In this document: piece by piece, positions 62,099 to 64,000 of the stretch
How the letters are laid out: each line of letters begins with the position of its first letter
Numbering within the stretch: position 1 is the first letter of the stretch
DNA from: an uncultured Pelagibacteraceae bacterium
GTDB taxonomy: Bacteria; Pseudomonadota; Alphaproteobacteria; Pelagibacterales; Pelagibacteraceae
Length of the DNA: 64,000 nucleotides
Reading direction: 5' to 3'
NCBI GenBank assembly: GCA_902514755.1
Contig: CABXRY010000002.1
Coordinates: 8,608-72,607 of the forward strand
Notes under the pieces: model-generated
Seen by the model: the letters and a program-made list of their open reading frames with translations, nothing else
Database searches by the model: none
What the model was told of the DNA's origin: nothing
Made by a program: the position numbers and the translations under genes

Positions 62099-62282
62099 TT
62101 ACTTATTCTATTTGTGCGTTGATATTTTGGTGTGGATTGCAGAATTAACTGGGACCACATATGAACTAGTTAACATTGTAATTTTTGTAATTGGTTATCC
62201 TTTATTTGTGATTTTATTACTATTTGTAATTTATTTTCAGAATAAAAAAATTAATAGATTAGAAAATAAATTTGATTTATGA
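62091..62282 (+). CDS. Small membrane protein
   Basis: CVDILVWIAELTGTTYELVNIVIFVIGYPL plus a hydrophobic segment. Confidence 0.6.
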   Translation: MVNYLFYLCVDILVWIAELTGTTYELVNIVIFVIGYPLFVILLLFVIYFQNKKINRLENKFDL

Positions 62283-62442
62283 ATTCTTAATTGTAATTTT
62301 AATTAAAAAGTTTCTTGGCTTTATAAATTTAATTTTAGAAATTTTTCTTTTAGGTTATTTGCCACTTTGGTTTTATAAAAAAATAAATCATTTTAAAAAC
62401 ATAATTAAGTCAAAAATTAAACATCAAAGGATGTTTAATTAA
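62272..62442 (+). CDS. Putative 56-aa small membrane protein (TTG start)
   Basis: Hand-translated MIYEFLIVILIKKFLGFINLILEIFLLGYLPLWFYKKINHFKNIIKSKIKHQRMFN*; overlaps the upstream stop. Confidence 0.35.
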   Translation: MIYEFLIVILIKKFLGFINLILEIFLLGYLPLWFYKKINHFKNIIKSKIKHQRMFN

Positions 62443-62598
62443 TTTAATGCATTGGATTTCAATCCTTTTCTATCGTATTTCGCTGTTTTTATTATCTCCC
62501 TTGTTGCGTAGTTCGAGTAAGCAGAAAAGGATTGAGTCTATTACCAACTATAAGCTTTTAACCCTCAAAAAATCAATCAACAATAGGAGTTCCAATAT

Positions 62599-62784
62599 AT
62601 GGAAATAGGCCATGTCTGTAAGTACTGTCACGTGAGTGCTTACGTTGCGTATGATAACTGCGATCCCGTTTATAAACAAACTTTCAAATTCGAAATATTA
62701 CCAGGTGAACATAACAGTTTAGTCTGGGATAAAATCATAAAAATATTTAAGAAAAATGGATACAAAGTTGAGCTCAAATCATGA
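62599..62784 (+). CDS. Small hypothetical protein with CxxC
   Basis: 61 aa, CKYCH, strong aggag SD, ATGA coupling to the next gene. Confidence 0.6.
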   Translation: MEIGHVCKYCHVSAYVAYDNCDPVYKQTFKFEILPGEHNSLVWDKIIKIFKKNGYKVELKS

Positions 62785-63356
62785 AAAGAGTTTTACTAAT
62801 TATTTTATTACATCTATCTCTTTTTTTTCTTGTATTCGCGTACCAAGCACAAGCCGAAGAAGAAAATGAATGGCACGTAAATGACTTTGGTAACTTCGTA
62901 GTTGCTGCAGTATCAGGTGAAGTTATTCATGGTGATAAACTAAGGTTTTTTATAAAAAAAGAAGATTGTTCTAAAGTTGCAATGATGTTTTCATTTTCGA
63001 CTAGTTTAAAAAGAAATGACATTAAAGAACTACAAGATAAAAAATTACCAATACGCATTAATGATTGGGATATAATAAGAGGAGCAAGAGTAGTATATGT
63101 TCATCCTTTTGAATTTATGACAATCGTGATGATGCAAACTCAAGGATTTCATGAAATTAAAGAGTTTATTGGTTCTTTAAGTTCAATGTATACATTTGAA
63201 AAAATGTTTAGTATCCAATTAGTTAAACAACCTCATTATGATCCTGAAGATCACTTTGACATTTTGCGTAATCATTGGAAATTAGATCGTATAGAAGAGA
63301 ATATAGAAAAAGCACAAGCTATGTGTCTTGGACCAATCGAGATAGAAACAACTTAA
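62781..63356 (+). CDS. Exported hypothetical protein
   Basis: Signal peptide ending AQA; two cysteines. Confidence 0.7.
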   Translation: MKRVLLIILLHLSLFFLVFAYQAQAEEENEWHVNDFGNFVVAAVSGEVIHGDKLRFFIKKEDCSKVAMMFSFSTSLKRNDIKELQDKKLPIRINDWDIIRGARVVYVHPFEFMTIVMMQTQGFHEIKEFIGSLSSMYTFEKMFSIQLVKQPHYDPEDHFDILRNHWKLDRIEENIEKAQAMCLGPIEIETT

Positions 63357-63374
63357 TTGAAGAAATATCAAAAT

Positions 63375-63411
63375 TTGATTTATCTAAATTTGGCATAGTC
63401 TATGGCCTAGT
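63375..63411. repeat. 37-bp arm repeat, right copy
   Basis: ttgatttatctaaatttggcatagtctatggcctagt, same orientation as 57686-57722. Confidence 0.9.
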
Positions 63412-63477
63412 TTATTGCTTGAATTGATGAGTCTTAATGCGAATTATTTTCAATCAAATTTTAATTATCTGCATAAC

Positions 63478-63510
63478 TAGTGCGAAGTAGTGTGAGGTAG
63501 TGTGAAGTAG
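63478..63510. repeat. Three tandem 10-bp repeats (tagtgygarg)
   Basis: tagtgcgaag tagtgtgagg tagtgtgaag tag, ending 17 nt before the junction. Confidence 0.9.
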
Positions 63511-63527
63511 GTTGTCTCACTAGCACT

Positions 63528-63588
63528 CCAAATAATCGCCAGCTTCCTGTATAATTTGCCACAGTTTACTTGCATTTTCTTTATTCAT
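63528..63588 (-). pseudogene. Displaced 5' fragment of the 57445-57672 gene
   Basis: Reads MNKENASKLWQIIQEAGDYL then EC*; the intact copy reads MNKDNASKLWKIIQEAGNYL. Confidence 0.88.
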
Positions 63589-63622
63589 AATTTTAAAAAT
63601 TTTGTATATTTGATTAATAAAT

Positions 63623-63988
63623 ATGAGAAAAATATTATCTTCAATAATTATTTTTTTAAGTATTAATACAGTTACATTAGGTAAGGGAACTACTTTTACA
63701 AATGAGATATTTAAAAAATCTCAAGAAGATGGAAAAACAGTAGTTATACACTCATGGAACAAAACTTGTGTAACTTGCGCAGAGCAAGTAAAGATTTTAA
63801 ACCAAGCCAAAAAGGACTTTAAAGATACGATATTCTTGAGTTTTGAACAATCTAAAGATAAAAAAATTGCAAAATTTTTGAGCATTGATTATTGGACAAC
63901 AATAGTTGTCTATAAGAATAACAAAGAAATATCACGCACTATTGGTCAGACGAATAAAGAAGAGATTTATTCTCAAATTAAACCTTAA
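63623..63988 (+). CDS. Exported thioredoxin-fold protein
   Basis: Signal peptide, CVTC, TIVVYKNNKEISR. Confidence 0.8.
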   Translation: MRKILSSIIIFLSINTVTLGKGTTFTNEIFKKSQEDGKTVVIHSWNKTCVTCAEQVKILNQAKKDFKDTIFLSFEQSKDKKIAKFLSIDYWTTIVVYKNNKEISRTIGQTNKEEIYSQIKP

Positions 63989-64000
63989 TAAGATTTAAAA

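Larger units (their letters stand above)
57612..63536. mobile_element. Integrase-less integrated element (~5.9 kb) carrying restriction-modification cargo
   Basis: Bounded by a 61-bp direct repeat (55/61 identical) of the target gene's 5' end. A 37-bp direct repeat lies near each end and a 10-bp triple repeat near the right end. The cargo is unrelated to the flanking genes. Confidence 0.75.

Noticed and set aside
63478-63510. Tandem repeats as a CRISPR array
   Set aside because: 10-bp units without spacers and no cas genes; the dksA repeat is likewise coding and spacer-free.

Overview
AT-rich, tightly packed chromosomal segment of a SAR11 (Pelagibacterales)-like alphaproteobacterium. The assignment rests on gene content, minimal intergenic spacers, proteorhodopsin and a glycine riboswitch upstream of gcvT. 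Most of the window is housekeeping and metabolism: prpE (runs off the left edge), blue-tuned proteorhodopsin, ferredoxin/FNR/GST, an Ehu-type ABC transporter, dksA, umuDC and recA with alphaproteobacterial LexA boxes, alaS, icd, psd-pssA, rlmE, guaB/guaA, panB, pxpABC, a TRAP transporter, gcvTHP, a UfaD/UfaO/UfaM-like lipid cluster with tspO, selO, NAD-dependent formate dehydrogenase, mobA/moeA, an amidinotransferase and threonine aldolase. Four things stand out. (1) A ~5.9 kb integrase-less element (about 57612-63536) sits inside a small gene whose 5' end it replaces. It has attL/attR-like arm repeats and carries two MspI/HinP1I-like endonucleases, two C5 methyltransferases and a stand-alone EVE-domain protein. 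(2) An 86-bp scar joins the first and last codons of a creatinase-like gene just upstream of the amidinotransferase-threonine aldolase pair. (3) There is a candidate furan fatty acid pathway. (4) Several small ORFs, repeats and frameshifts are missing from the ORF track. No rRNA, tRNA or CRISPR array was seen. All family assignments come from motif recognition and recalled reference sequences; no database search was run.
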